DNA of 64,000 bases from Oculina patagonica (Eukaryota). Where the stretch lies: contig NC_135760.1 of assembly GCF_052425735.1 (NCBI RefSeq), positions 29,884,001 to 29,948,000 of the forward strand, in the 5' to 3' direction. This document shows, one piece after another, positions 21,780-34,000 of this stretch. The notes below the pieces were generated by a model. The model was given only the letters and a program-made list of their open reading frames with translations, did not search any database and was not told the origin of the DNA. Within the stretch, counting starts at the first letter, position 1. Each line of letters starts with the position of its first letter. The translations under genes were made by a program, and so were the position numbers.

Positions 21780-24700
21780 ATGGAAAACTTAAACGACCAA
21801 ACTACAGCTAAAGAAGAAGAAGAAGTGTGTTATGAAATTGTTAGTAATATTCCGAAGGAATTTCGTTCCGCTGATTTGCGAGCAATGTTCTCAAACTTCA
21901 TCAATAATGGAACTGGGGGATTCAAGTGCTTCCATTTTCGACATCGGCCTGAGTTTAGACTTGAGACAGTCTCGAATGGCCAGGATAAACAGTCGTCCAC
22001 TACTACATGTTGTGTTATAATGATCTTCAAGAAAAAACTACAAGAGTTGATCAAGTGTTATCACGGCAAAAACTGGCTTGACCGCAGTGGAAAGTATTAC
22101 CCATCCAAAGCAGTCATATCAAAAATCAGAATTAAAGAAGGAAAAGGTTGTAACAGGGGGGGGGAGAAGGGGGGGGTGGGGTTCGTAATAAATAGCTTTT
22201 TCCTAACTTAATTAACTCACTCACTCATCCTCTTCGCCTTCGGAGAGGCAAAAGGGCTGCATTATCTGAGCAATTTGCGACTGAGTATCGTAAAAGACAA
22301 AATACAGTAGAAACCCGGTAACTCGAACTCGGATAACTCGAACTAATTTCCATTTCCCTTGGACCCACTTCAGGTCATTGGTACTCAGCTAACTCAAAAA
22401 CCCGCTAACTCAAACTGTTTTTTCGGTTCCCTTCAGAGTTCGAGTTACCAGGGTTCAACTGTAGTTAATTATAACTCTGGCCAATCTCAAAGGGCATGTA
22501 CTAAAACGACTGAAATGAAACCGCTGAAACGAACAAAATCACTGAAACAAGCAAAATCCATCACCATTATTGCGAGATAACCATAAACAGGCTAACCCAA
22601 GTGTCATTCATGCTAACCGGAGTGCATGGTGCACTCCGGTTAGCATGAATAGTACTCTCGTCAGCCTATTTAACATTAGCTCTCAATAACTGTAATGGGT
22701 TTTTTTTGTTTCGGTAATTTTGTTTCGTTTTGCTCTTATCAGCTGTTTTGATTGTTTTGTTTCTTTGTTTGGGTTCTAGTACATGCCATCACAAAGGACA
22801 CAGACATTCTAATGAACATATCAAAACTCAAACAAAATACATGCATTCAGTGTGAAGTGCAGGAAAACATATGTGAGCGAGTCGCGATTGGTTTTAGTTT
22901 ACATCCGATTGGATATGAAAAAACCAACAACAGAACTTTGATGTTTTAGTCAATCACATAGCATAAGTGAAGCAAAACCAGAGCTGGTTCCGGTTCAAGT
23001 TTACTTTTACACTCAATATTGAAAATAGTAAACAACTAGCCCAAGTGCACTGTTGAGTTGCCAAAAGCATGTGGGAATTTTCAGAACACAGGAGAAGTGC
23101 ATACTGCAGAGCAGGAGTCAAAGCAAATGGTTTTCATACTTCTTAAGTGTTCTTACAAATTCGTAAGTTCACTATGTCCCAGTTAAAAAATGCTAAACAA
23201 ATTGCCTGCAGTCAAACTTGTGATGTAGGCCACTTGTACTATATCTTGACAATGCAAAAGCATGATGTGGGCCACATGATTTATCAAGCTATAATGAACT
23301 AAAACTAACCAAACATGGCACTTGCAATTCCTTGAACATGCATTTTATCATGCATGGATATGTTACAGTAGATCCAAGGTTTGTGGGGCAGGATATACAG
23401 ATGACCTGATGCTTTGGTTTTGCTCCAGTACACACTGTCTACAACATTGGTCTACAGCCAATCTCACAATTAATTAGACACAGAATCAGAATCAATCACA
23501 CTTTCCCACACTTGGTGCTGGTTATGTGTTTTTGTTTCAATTTCTTGTGTTTCTTGTGATTGGCCACTTTAATTACCACAATAAAGTGAAAACCACTATA
23601 TGTCATTATCATTGACTACTTATTTCATGATCTGGTCATGCTGGGTATTATAGTTATAAGACATCTTCTTTGAAATTAGTTTGTAGTAACTGTAACATTT
23701 CCTCTCCTTCTTATAGACCTTCCCTACAGAACAAGGCAAGAAAAAAGTCAGCAGTCTTCCACAAGAACAAACTTAGAGTTCTCACAGCAAGACCTTAATG
23801 AACTGATTGAGCTCCGTCCTCCTCCGCTGATGCCAAATGGTAATGTTGGAACACCTCTGTCTGTATTCATGGAGTTGATAAGAACTTGCAAGCTCCCTCC
23901 ACATGTAATCAAAAAACTTGACTTGGATTTTTCTGTGGGAAAGTCCAAAAAGAAATATAGTAATGTTCCACTTGATTACAAGTCATTGGAAAAAAGAGTT
24001 TCTGCTGCCGCTACAAAAAGAAATAAAAGAAAACTAGTTTCTCAATCAGTGAAAGACTTAAAGCAAGGTGTGTCAGAAACAAGTGACTCTTCGTCATCTA
24101 CATGTGGTTTGGAAACTGAAGAGCCCCAAAGGACCGAGCAGTATGGCAGTGAAAATAGTTCGGACGGTGAAGAAATCAACAAGATTGAAGTTGATGGTGA
24201 TGATGATAGTGAAGCTGAGGAATGGGACAGACATGAATCATTGCACAATGATGTTACAAGTCAAGAACGAACAAAAGAAAGACTATTTGAAGAGGACATT
24301 GAACTGAAGTGGGAGAAAGGAGGTAGTGGTCTTGTGTTTTATACTGATGCAGCATTCTGGAAAGAACAGGAAGAACCAAATTTTGATGAAGAGACTGCTG
24401 ATGATTGGGATGTCGACATGGAAATATATGAAAATCCAGGTATGGCAGAAACATCAAGTTTTGATATTTAATATCGAATCAGTAACACAATGCTGTTGGT
24501 TGTGATGACAAGTGGGGGGTTTATTTTAATAGATTTTGAAAAGAGTCAATGGGAGGTTCCACATATTGCAGAGTTTTCAGAAAGTGCTTGTTAGTAGACA
24601 TTCCAGAAATTTAATGTGTCAAACATGAGAGACCTGTGTTTGATCACATTTCCAAACACTGAGAAAAGAGTTGAAAATGTGACACATAGCATGGTATCTT

Positions 24701-25286
24701 TGACGAAATTTGAGTTGTTTGGAAATGCGATAAAACACAGCTTTAAGAGTTTGATGCATCTTCTCAACTGGGACAAAAATTACGGAGTTAGTGTAAAATG
24801 AAATTCTGAAAATCTATGCTAATTATGATTTATCTTTCACATTCAGATGGAGGGGACAAAGATTCTCGAGATCTTCTTCAGATGCGAGTAGAAAAGCAGT
24901 GGAGAAAAGGAAATGATATTGACCTGAATAAAATTGGAGGCTTTGAAAAACATACAAGAGCATTTGGAGGCCAACTGATGAGGAAGCAAGGTTGGAAGGA
25001 AGGGGGGAGCCTTGGCTCAACACAGGAGGGAATAACAGAACCTGTGGTTGCCGAAGGACAATTGCCCAAATGTAAGAGAGGTTTAGGTTACTATGGTGAC
25101 AAGTTACAACGACATGTGAAACGACCCAAGGCTGAAAGAAATGTTATTATATCAACGGTTTATGATGAACCAGACAACAATGAAGAAAATGTGTTTGAAT
25201 CATGGGGACCTGATAAACTTAAGTATGTAAACAATGTTGATTTTGTACGTGGAAAATCTCACCCTGAACAAAGCAGAAAAATATGA
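21780..25286 (+). CDS. GPATCH3: G-patch domain-containing protein 3, 509 aa; exons 21780-22146, 23717-24439, 24847-25286
   Basis: Family motifs VSNIP..RSADLR..F.CFHFRHRPE, LMPNGNVGTP, EEWDRHESLH, IELKWEKGGSGLVFYTDA, DDWDVDM and a G-patch (FEKHTRAFGGQLMRKQGWKEGGSLG..RGLGY). Phase-1 GT-AG introns; 1530 nt in frame. Confidence 0.95.
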
Positions 25287-25792
25287 TTGCCAAAGATCAA
25301 ACCAACAATGTACCGTGTCAAGAAATGAAACATGAGGATGAATTTGTTTATACAGTGTAGGTGGGATATAGACTGTTGTTTTTTTGTCTGGGTGTACAAA
25401 TTAAGAAACAACACAAGACTACTTTGTTGAAATGGTACATTATTTTATTGATCACTTGTTGAACAAGGTTTTCAATAAGAGCCAAAGGCTGGCAAATGCC
25501 AAAGTCCAAGTAATGTCAACTGAGTTTGCCACTGCGGTGCATTAAATGTCTTAACGCTGAGTTAAGCATTAAAGAAAACAACTTGCTCTCTATAACCTGT
25601 CGTTTACTTTTGTACAATATTTACAAACATGTACATCTATTAAATCAAATAATCTGTACAGACAGTTAGGCAAAGGTCAATCGTAAATAAAGACCTATCT
25701 TACCCCGTCATCAACTGTATACACTGCAAAGTATTAACATTTTTACATGTACTACATTAATAAATTATGTACATTTTTTGGCAATAGCCCAA

Positions 25793-25943
25793 TTTCGATA
25801 TATTAAAATTCAGCCTAAAACAATAGACCTCGGGACGAGGCTCCGGGGACCAAACTATAGAGTTTGTGGGGTTTATTCCCCGGAGCCTCGTAGTGATGTC
25901 TATTGTTTTAGGCTGAATTTTAAAATATCGAAATTGGGCTATT
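25793..25943. mobile_element. Short palindromic MITE; related copy at ~27350-27516
   Basis: aatagcccaatttcgatat..cagcctaaaacaatagac is mirrored by gtctattgttttaggctg..atatcgaaattgggctatt. Confidence 0.7.
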
Positions 25944-26811
25944 CCAGGGCAGTAATAAAATAGAGTCATCTGGGTGGGAATGAGGCAGCAAAAGTCATGT
26001 AAAAATTAAAATAAGCATTTAAATTTTACACTTGTACATAGCGATTCATAGAAGAGAAGAACTATCAACAACAATTTCTAAATTCTTGAAGTTTTCACAA
26101 TTAACAAGCTAAAGGAAAACTTAGGTAAATATATGTTGTAGACATTGCTAACAGTACAGTGCCTTTCAGTAACTTATGGTTTCTTTTTGTGCTGCCATGG
26201 GTCTTGTTTGTTGTCCTATTGAATTAGGATTTTCAGTTAAGTTTTGAATTTCATTGTTAACTTTGCACATTGTTAAAAGGCTCTGTGATTAAAATGTTTG
26301 AGTCTGGAAGGAAACTCTCAAAAGTACTTGTACGTTTTGAAAACTGTCTTGCAAGTATTGAATAATATTGTTACACATTGTACAATGTATTGTACTGCAC
26401 ACATGAAAAAGTTTCAAAGAATATTTTAAAGATAACGACGAATTTAAACAAATAATTACATTTTCACACCAATTACCGTTTTCCTTGTCACAGTCAATGA
26501 CCATTGTCAAAAACTCAAATCCTAAAATCATAATGATTTTAGTGGTTATTCTGAATCAAATGCCTACTTTTTATCCTGAAAGCTTTGCAGGCATTCATCT
26601 GCTTACACCCTAGTATTTTCAAATTACTCGAGAGAGAGCTTCATTTTATGTAAATTGTATACTAGTTACCCTGCGAATCTCAGCTACAATGTGAGTCATT
26701 TCATTCTAGATCTGCTAGAGTCATTCAAAAACAATAAATTAAATTAATGCTATACCCAGTTTATTATTAGTCCACATTGTCAAAGAAAATGAAGATTGAT
26801 TAGTCGGAAAA

Positions 26812-29800
26812 TTATTGCTTTGCTTCCCACACAGTGCAGGGAAAACCTTCAGCTCGCTTTAAATCTCTTGAATACCTCTGACTCAATCTATCAAAGCCAT
26901 CTGCAATGTCATTTGCAAGTTGTCTTGTCTGGTGTCGTTGTTGCCGTCCACTGTCATCCGTTCTTTCTGCGTCATTCCATAACATAAATGTCTCCAGATC
27001 AGAAGCCAGTTTAAACAGTGCTTCACGGTTAGCTCTGACTTGCTTAACTCTTTCTTGTTGTCTGTGCTGTAAGTGGGGGAAATAAAATTATTGGTTAAAA
27101 AAGAAGAACGTTTAGAGCTGGATTTGATTGGATGATAAAGTAAAGAATTTGTATAAAACTTTAGGATTTGCCTTTACTAAATTCAGCTATTCCAATTAAC
27201 AGCTACATCAACTGAAAATACTTGTTTCTGTCATTATTTATGTATGTCTTGAAACCTAATGACAGAAACAAGTATTTTCAGTTGATGTAGCTGTTAATTG
27301 GAATTGCTGAATTTAGCTCTGTATAGTGATACAAGTGTAACATAATACCAATAGGCCAATTCCGATATATTAAAATTCTAATTTGGCTCCGAGGCTTGGG
27401 GGAATAAAACAAAAGAAATTATTTATTCATCCCTGAACCTCAATGTGATATCTTTTGTTTTATTCCCCCAAGCCTGGAATCCAAGTTAGAATTTTAATAT
27501 ATCGAAAATGGCCTATTAACATTGATTATTATGTTACACTTGTATACAGAGCAAAATGCTACGGGTGGTAACTTCATTGTAACAGACCCTTAAAAACTCA
27601 ATGATAGCCCTGGCTTAGTTATCCAATTTTACTACACCACAGGAGCAATTTCGTACTACACAGTTATTTTATTTTAATACATTATACTCACAGCTTGGTG
27701 ACTCAAGACTTACATTTCTTCTTTCTGCAGCCTTTCTTAGTTTCTCATCTAATTCTTCAGCTGTTAGTTTACTTTTCTCTTTTTTTTTGTATGGCACTTG
27801 TAATGCTTTGGGAATGGGAGATACAGGCTGTTTGTCGTCATCAAAGCCAACAGTAAATGCAACACTCCTGTTGTTGTCGTTCTTAATGAGAGATTTTGCC
27901 GAGCTACATGTAGTGTGGTTTTCCTTCTGGCATGTAGGCTTGACTTGCCTTTGGCACCCTTTTGACGAGTTGTTGTTTTTGTCATCCACAGCAAAATCTT
28001 TTGTCATTTGAGATGTCAAGGTTCTAAAATCTTTTGCAACATGACGAGCTGTAGTCAGTAGTTCAGAAGATGTCATTTTAGGTGTGTTGTGATTCTCTCC
28101 TCTGCCAACATCCATAAGGGATTTCTGCTGTAGGAGGAGTTCAACGTTGTGTGCAAGCTTTCTAGCAGCTTCTTGTCGATCATGGATTCTTTTCAGTCTC
28201 TGCTCCACATGTTGCTGTGTAAGCAAGTTACATTCATTTGATAAATAATATTACATGTACACCTACTCACATTTCCTTATAGGCTTATGTGGCTCACATG
28301 GCTTGGCATGCATGGCAGTAGTGTTTTATTTCAAACTAGTTTGACTATGTTACAGAATTACTTATTAATAAGTGTCTTGACAGGACTTTTTTTGAGCTAA
28401 AAATGCCTTTTCAAAAGGCGACATTTCAAAGAGTTTAACCATTCTTCTTCAGATTGTCATTAGCAAGATGGCAGACTGATAGCCTGAAGAAGAGTAAATT
28501 CAAAATGTCGCCTTTTAAAAAGACATTTTTTAACCTCAAAAAAGTTACGTCAAGATGCAAAATAATTTTAAATTTTGTTTGCATCAGGGCCATGGTTGAC
28601 ACCAACCAAAGGAGACCTACTACTTTTCAGACAAACTATTAAATTATTGAATTTTTTATTAATGTCTAGCTAGCCTGCGTCAAGGACAGTCTACACTACC
28701 AGTAAAGGACCTTATTGATCATTAATTTGCTGCACCGCAGGTTATAACATTTCTAACATGTACACTACATGCATGTCATCTTGCAGTAACTCACTTTCTT
28801 TCTTCTTTCAGCCATTTTTTGTTTCTCTGTGAGCCTCTCAATGCTGATGTTTTCTCTTTCTGACTTGACCTGGTCACAGAACCGTTTTGGAGGTGGCCTG
28901 CAGACTGGTTGTTCAATGGGAATGTGGAAGGCCACAGCATTGGTAGCCTTACTTGTCATTAATGCATTTTTACAGCCATTTGAATCTGTGGTTGAATTAG
29001 TGGTCTCTGTTGTATATTCACTGGGATCTGGTTCTTTTCGTTTTGCTTTGTCCTTTTCATCACTGGTTTGTCTGTTAATCTGGCAAGTGTCCTGCCCAGT
29101 CGTCTCTTTTTTTCTTTCATTCCCATTCTGAAAATGCATTATCACAGATGTTCATGCTAGAACTCGTTCACCTTTCATAGTATCCCTGATTGAATTAACT
29201 CATTCAATCTTTTGTATAAGAGATTCCTAATCAGATTCCAGCTAAGAGGGGAAAAATAGACTGTACGGGCAGTTATGTGAGTTTCATGCATGAAGCGATC
29301 ATTAGACAGTGCTGTTAAAGGTCCACAGTCGGAATATGATCGGAATATGCGTAGAATTAGTTTTCGTGCCTGCACTTGGTAACAAGCTCAGATCTTTTGT
29401 TGAGGAGAGTAGATCTGTCAGCTGATAGTATGCAGAACTTCTCTGTCAGACACAGTGCTATATCTAGCTATGTAATTTTATTGTAGTGTCTCTGGTCATT
29501 GCCCTGTTTTGCATTGCACATCCTTACTGCGCAGAATTTTACACGTAATTAGCGCGCGCACATAAACAAGATGGCAGCTTTTTTCTATGCGGCTTAGTCA
29601 GCGAGAGAAGCAAATAAATATCGTTGCTTTTTCGTAAATGAGTATGGTGACCTATCATTGTTTTCTCATATTTTGGGTCTAGCGATCAAATTCTTTCTGT
29701 AAAATGAAAACAGATCAATTCCTATATTTGAATATAAAATAATCGCTAAAAACATGTACTTTGCCAGTGCTCTCAGAGGAATTATAGAGGAATTATATGG

Positions 29801-30724
29801 AATATACAAGGTCTTCCTGCTCCTAAACGAATATGGTGACCCCCTTTTTTATTTCAAAATTTAAGTTTCCTTATGGTATTGCACACAACATCATCCTTAT
29901 ATTATTTTTCTGCTTAAATAATATTTCAGATGTCATTTGCAAGGGATGTTAACATAGTAAAACAAAAGAAACCTGTTTACTTGAGTTATCATTAACCTGG
30001 GCGTATCACATTGAACGTCTGATTTCGATTTTGTTTGATTTGAGACCCCAGGCATTAAAGCAGCTTTAGGTTTGGTTAGAAATAAGGAATTGCAAGAAAA
30101 AGTAACAAAAAAAATCTTTAATAATAGGCATTAATTCCTAAACGGAAGTCATTACTGAAAAAATGAGGCATTGTGCACTCTAGCTGACAATGTATTTTTG
30201 TATTTTCTGGTGAAGTTGTATGATTCTATACCTCTGAGTCTTTAAGCTGGTCTTTACAAGCCACATTTATTTAATACCGAAAACATGAACGGTATGACCT
30301 AATTTATAATTCATAAGTCATTTCTAAAAATAAGTCATAGTTTCTCTGAAGTTGCTGAAGTATGCAGAAACTCCAATTAGTTATACCTTGACCCTTGGAA
30401 AATAATATTAAAAAGAGCTTTTTTACATGCCGAAACTGAAAAAGAAACATCAATTTAAGAATTCTTAGATGTAATCTTATGCTTGATCATGATTTAGGAC
30501 TGAGGGAAAACCTATTGCAATTATCCTGCAACCAATTTGAAAGAGAGCTAACCCACTATAAAAGGTTTCTTCACATTCTGCACCTTTTTTTGAAAATTCC
30601 TACCTCCTCTCCTTCCAAAGTAAAACCTTGGATCTCTCGCAACCCTTCTCTTCTGAGCACAGGAGAAGTTTTAGGAGCAAGATCCGTTAAGCTATTATCG
30701 AAAGGAACCACCTTCACTTACCAT
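26812..30724 (-). CDS. Uncharacterised protein with two tandem stathmin-like modules, ~363 aa; exons 30724-30722 (ATG only, tentative), 29127-28795, 28214-27714, 27066-26812
   Basis: Three large phase-0 exons with canonical GT/AG join into one ORF. Repeat 1: AVAFHIPI..RPPPKR..ISIERLTEKQKMAERRKK|QHVEQRLKRI. Repeat 2: SVAFTVGF..SPIPKAL..LTAEELDEKLRKAAERRN|HRQQERVKQV. The first exon is inferred from ATG|GTAAGT. Confidence 0.75.
27177..27316. repeat. ~60-bp-arm near-perfect hairpin in the last intron of the stathmin-like gene
   Basis: ctaaattcagc..ttgtttctgtcatta and taatgacagaaacaag..gctgaatttag are reverse complements separated by ~17 nt. Confidence 0.8.
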
Positions 30725-31091
30725 CTTCGTTGATCCTTCGCGTTGTCGAAAAAGCGATTCGACAAAGCAGTAGCTAAAGGATTTTTCAATTTAAGCCTGG
30801 GAACTTTATGCAACGTTAAAATACCGAATGCCGCCTTAAATTACGAGCTTTGAGTAATGGAAAACTATGCTGAATTCTGCAAAAATATTCGCTGTGTCCA
30901 AAACAAATTCTGGTTGTGATGTTTACATATGGAATACTGTCATCTGATTGGCTGGTTGGAATGCCGACGGATAACCTCGTTCCTAATCTCGTTCCCAGAT
31001 CTCGCGCGAGATCTGGTGGGAATGAGGCAACCTCATGAACATGGAAACGAGGCTATTGTAAGACAATGGCAAGCAAGATGGCGGACGAACA
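30725..31091. promoter_or_regulatory. Bidirectional promoter region between the stathmin-like gene and MTFP1
   Basis: Head-to-head starts ~370 bp apart; reverse CCAAT (gattgg ~30946), 22-bp palindrome CCAGATCTCGCGCGAGATCTGG (30995-31016), YY1-like CAAGATGGCGG (31074-31084). Confidence 0.55.
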
Positions 31092-34000
31092 ATGGTAGAA
31101 CGGGTTGAACAACAAGATTTTTCCGATAATATCAAGGGATCTGACGTCGATGTTTTCAGGGATACAGCGTTAAGATACCTAGGTGAGCACTGAATTTATT
31201 GCAAGATCATCATGTTAATTGTGAGACCAGCAGTTGATCCCTTCTTCAAAATACATGTCCAATATGCGTTTGCTCAGATGTTTATACTTTCACAGATGTG
31301 AAATGCTGTCAGAGTGTTCATTACTTTGGCCCTAAAGTATCTTTTCTTGCAGCCTGCTATACTTTTCTAATCAGTTTGCTTAAAACTTAAACCTCACTCA
31401 GAGAGATCAGAGTAGAAAGAGATTCTTTTGAGGAAAATTAAAGGTGGCACCTCTACATTGTACATTTTTATTGTGTGGACACTTTGCTGAAAATGTTATC
31501 TTGTGAAATATATTGTGGACTTAAAAGCAAGCGCAATCAAAAGAAGTAATAAGGTTTATTTTTGACAGCTGTTGCCATTGCCATGGCAACCATTTCCGCA
31601 AACAATTTGAGTGCATATTTTCGATAATTCCCTAGGTGCCACCCCCTAGCTGCTGTGATGCTACCCATGTGGTATTCTTGTATGCACAAGCCCCGCTCCC
31701 AAAATAAGCCCACTTTAAAGTGTTGTTGTGCAAATATAAGTCAAGGCTTAATTTCAGAATTTTATGGTTTCTATTTGTGTTATAATTGCTATGTTGACAC
31801 AAGAAATCAGAAGGCAATTTCCATGACTGGATGGCAATGCCTGCCTGCATCTGGCAAACTAAATACCCATAATTTTACAATAAATTATTCTACTCTTTCC
31901 AGTAGACTGTGACACTCAAGAGTATTGGGCTATCTTTAGAGCAGTGTCCATAAAACTGTTTCAAAACTACTCAGCTGCTAAATTTTAAACTGAAAACATT
32001 GGGAAAAAGGGACAGATGAGGACATCTAAGAGAGTCCAATCCTTTAGAATGTGACATCTCCACAATTTGTATCTTAAACTTGCCCAGATGACTAATCTAG
32101 ACATATATGGTTCACAAAAATCTGGTGCTCTGCATCTTTCTAAGCCCGTCATGGACTGTGAAACTAAGTATTACTGACAGTCATTCCCTGTTAGCATTTT
32201 GGCTAAATAAAGTGCTTTAGAATGCCAATGTTGATGGCCTGATGGGAATTGTTGAATATAAGACATTGTTTAAAAAGATTAAAGAAAGGCACCTGTTAGG
32301 AACACAAGAGCGCTGAACACTTCTGACTTTATCCATTTGAAAAAGTTATTTTCTGTTTCCACTTTTTGCCTATTTTAAAGTTGTTCCTTTGAAGAACTTC
32401 AAGTATTTCACATTTTTTTAAAGACAGAGACTGGTATAATTAAATTTACACTAAAAAGTTTCACCTGTTTTACTGGATTAACACATATATGACCCTCATT
32501 GACCCTTGTTGACCCTTGTCAAGAGCAAAGCAGGAACTTCTTTTAAATTAAATTGGACCAAGATCTGGATGGTGTGTCAGGTTGTGTTTGTGTAGCAGAG
32601 CGTTCTAAGTGATCTTGATGCTTTGACTCTTTCTCTTAAGCAGTCATGGATGACGACTTTTTCTACTTAGGAGCAGTGAAGGATGGAATCCTCCGTGTAA
32701 ATAAAGTCAACCAACTGTATATGAACAGGGTGTTTAATACGTTGCGACACTTGAGCAAATAGGAGTAAAAAGTTCACTTACCTTCATGTTAACAGGTGCC
32801 TGCCATTTTTGTAGCAGCCTTTGAACAAGCTATTTCCACTGAATATTCATTTAAATTTAGTGTTTCTTCGCAGTAGCCAACTCTAGCAGCTCCCCATCCA
32901 GCGCTAAAAGTTTGTTATCATTCCTGTGTTATCAAGTAAGACTGGTTTACTCTGTTGTTCGCTGGTTTCCTGTGTCTGTGATCATTAACCACAGCAAGAA
33001 CAGGCATTTTGTAAAAACAATTTGCTCATGCATAGCAGCAAGGGGTTGGCACCCAAAACAAGTCAAGTGTTTGACATGGTCTTGTAACAGGTGTTTGTTT
33101 TTAACTATCACACAACAACCACTCATTTAGATAATGACAGTGTTAAGTGCTACCCATTGCCACAAGAAAGGAAAACCTGGGTTATGACACATAAATACTT
33201 AATAGTTTACTTGTATTAAAAATACATAGTTTGTAAACAATTAAGTCTTTTTTATATTTTAAACTTCCCTGACTGTTAGAAACTTTGACGTTAATCAAAG
33301 GACTGTTTTATAAATGTATTAGTGCTGTAAGGGTTATTTTGTGCTTTTGTGAAGCTTTAAATCATTGTCAATGATGTTTTTCCTACTTAACACTTATTAA
33401 GCTGTCTTGGCTGATAGCTTTATTTAGCAGACCTTTTGATGTAGACACCTGCTAAATCAGTGAACCATTAACCATTTTCTTTTTCTGTCACTGGTTAACT
33501 TATTGGAGCATGAAATGACAAAACTTTTAATTTTTACCTTTTGAGTAAATAAGTAGATTTAATTTAGACAGGAAGACAAGCTTTTTGACCTGGTACTGAT
33601 GCGATGCGACCTTTAAAAAAAAGCACAGGAGCAGTCCTTTAAGTGTAAAAAACACAACCCTTTTTTCAGCCTTAAGAAGTGTGACAAATTAAAATACTTA
33701 TTGGGTGGTAATTCAATAGCCGTGACCATGACCTGAAAATCAGAAATAAGGAGACATTGATTCCAGTTTACATCATGTAGGTTTTTGCAAAGATACTTTG
33801 ATGCAAATTAAAAAAATCTTTTGGACATTTTTTTCCACTGATTTTCTTTCTTAGATTTAAAATTATAGATATGTGCTAAATGCCAGATAATTTTTTAAGG
33901 ACTCTTTTAGCTCCCACTCCATGAAATAATACTAGATAGGACATTTTCTCTACTCTCCCCTGCCTGCTTACTGTATTCTCTTTCTTTGGCTTGATCCATA

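Noticed and set aside
30604-30717. Alternative first coding exon of the stathmin-like gene (VKVVPFDN..EGEE|gtagga)
   Set aside because: Directly preceded by an in-frame TAA with no ATG; ATG|GTAAGT at 30724-30722 is simpler, though unconfirmed.
30995-31016. Palindrome as a dedicated TCTCGCGAGA-type transcription-factor site
   Set aside because: It has an extra GC and lies between aacctcgttcc / ggaa..gaggc ends typical of a mini-MITE, so a transposon origin is at least as likely.
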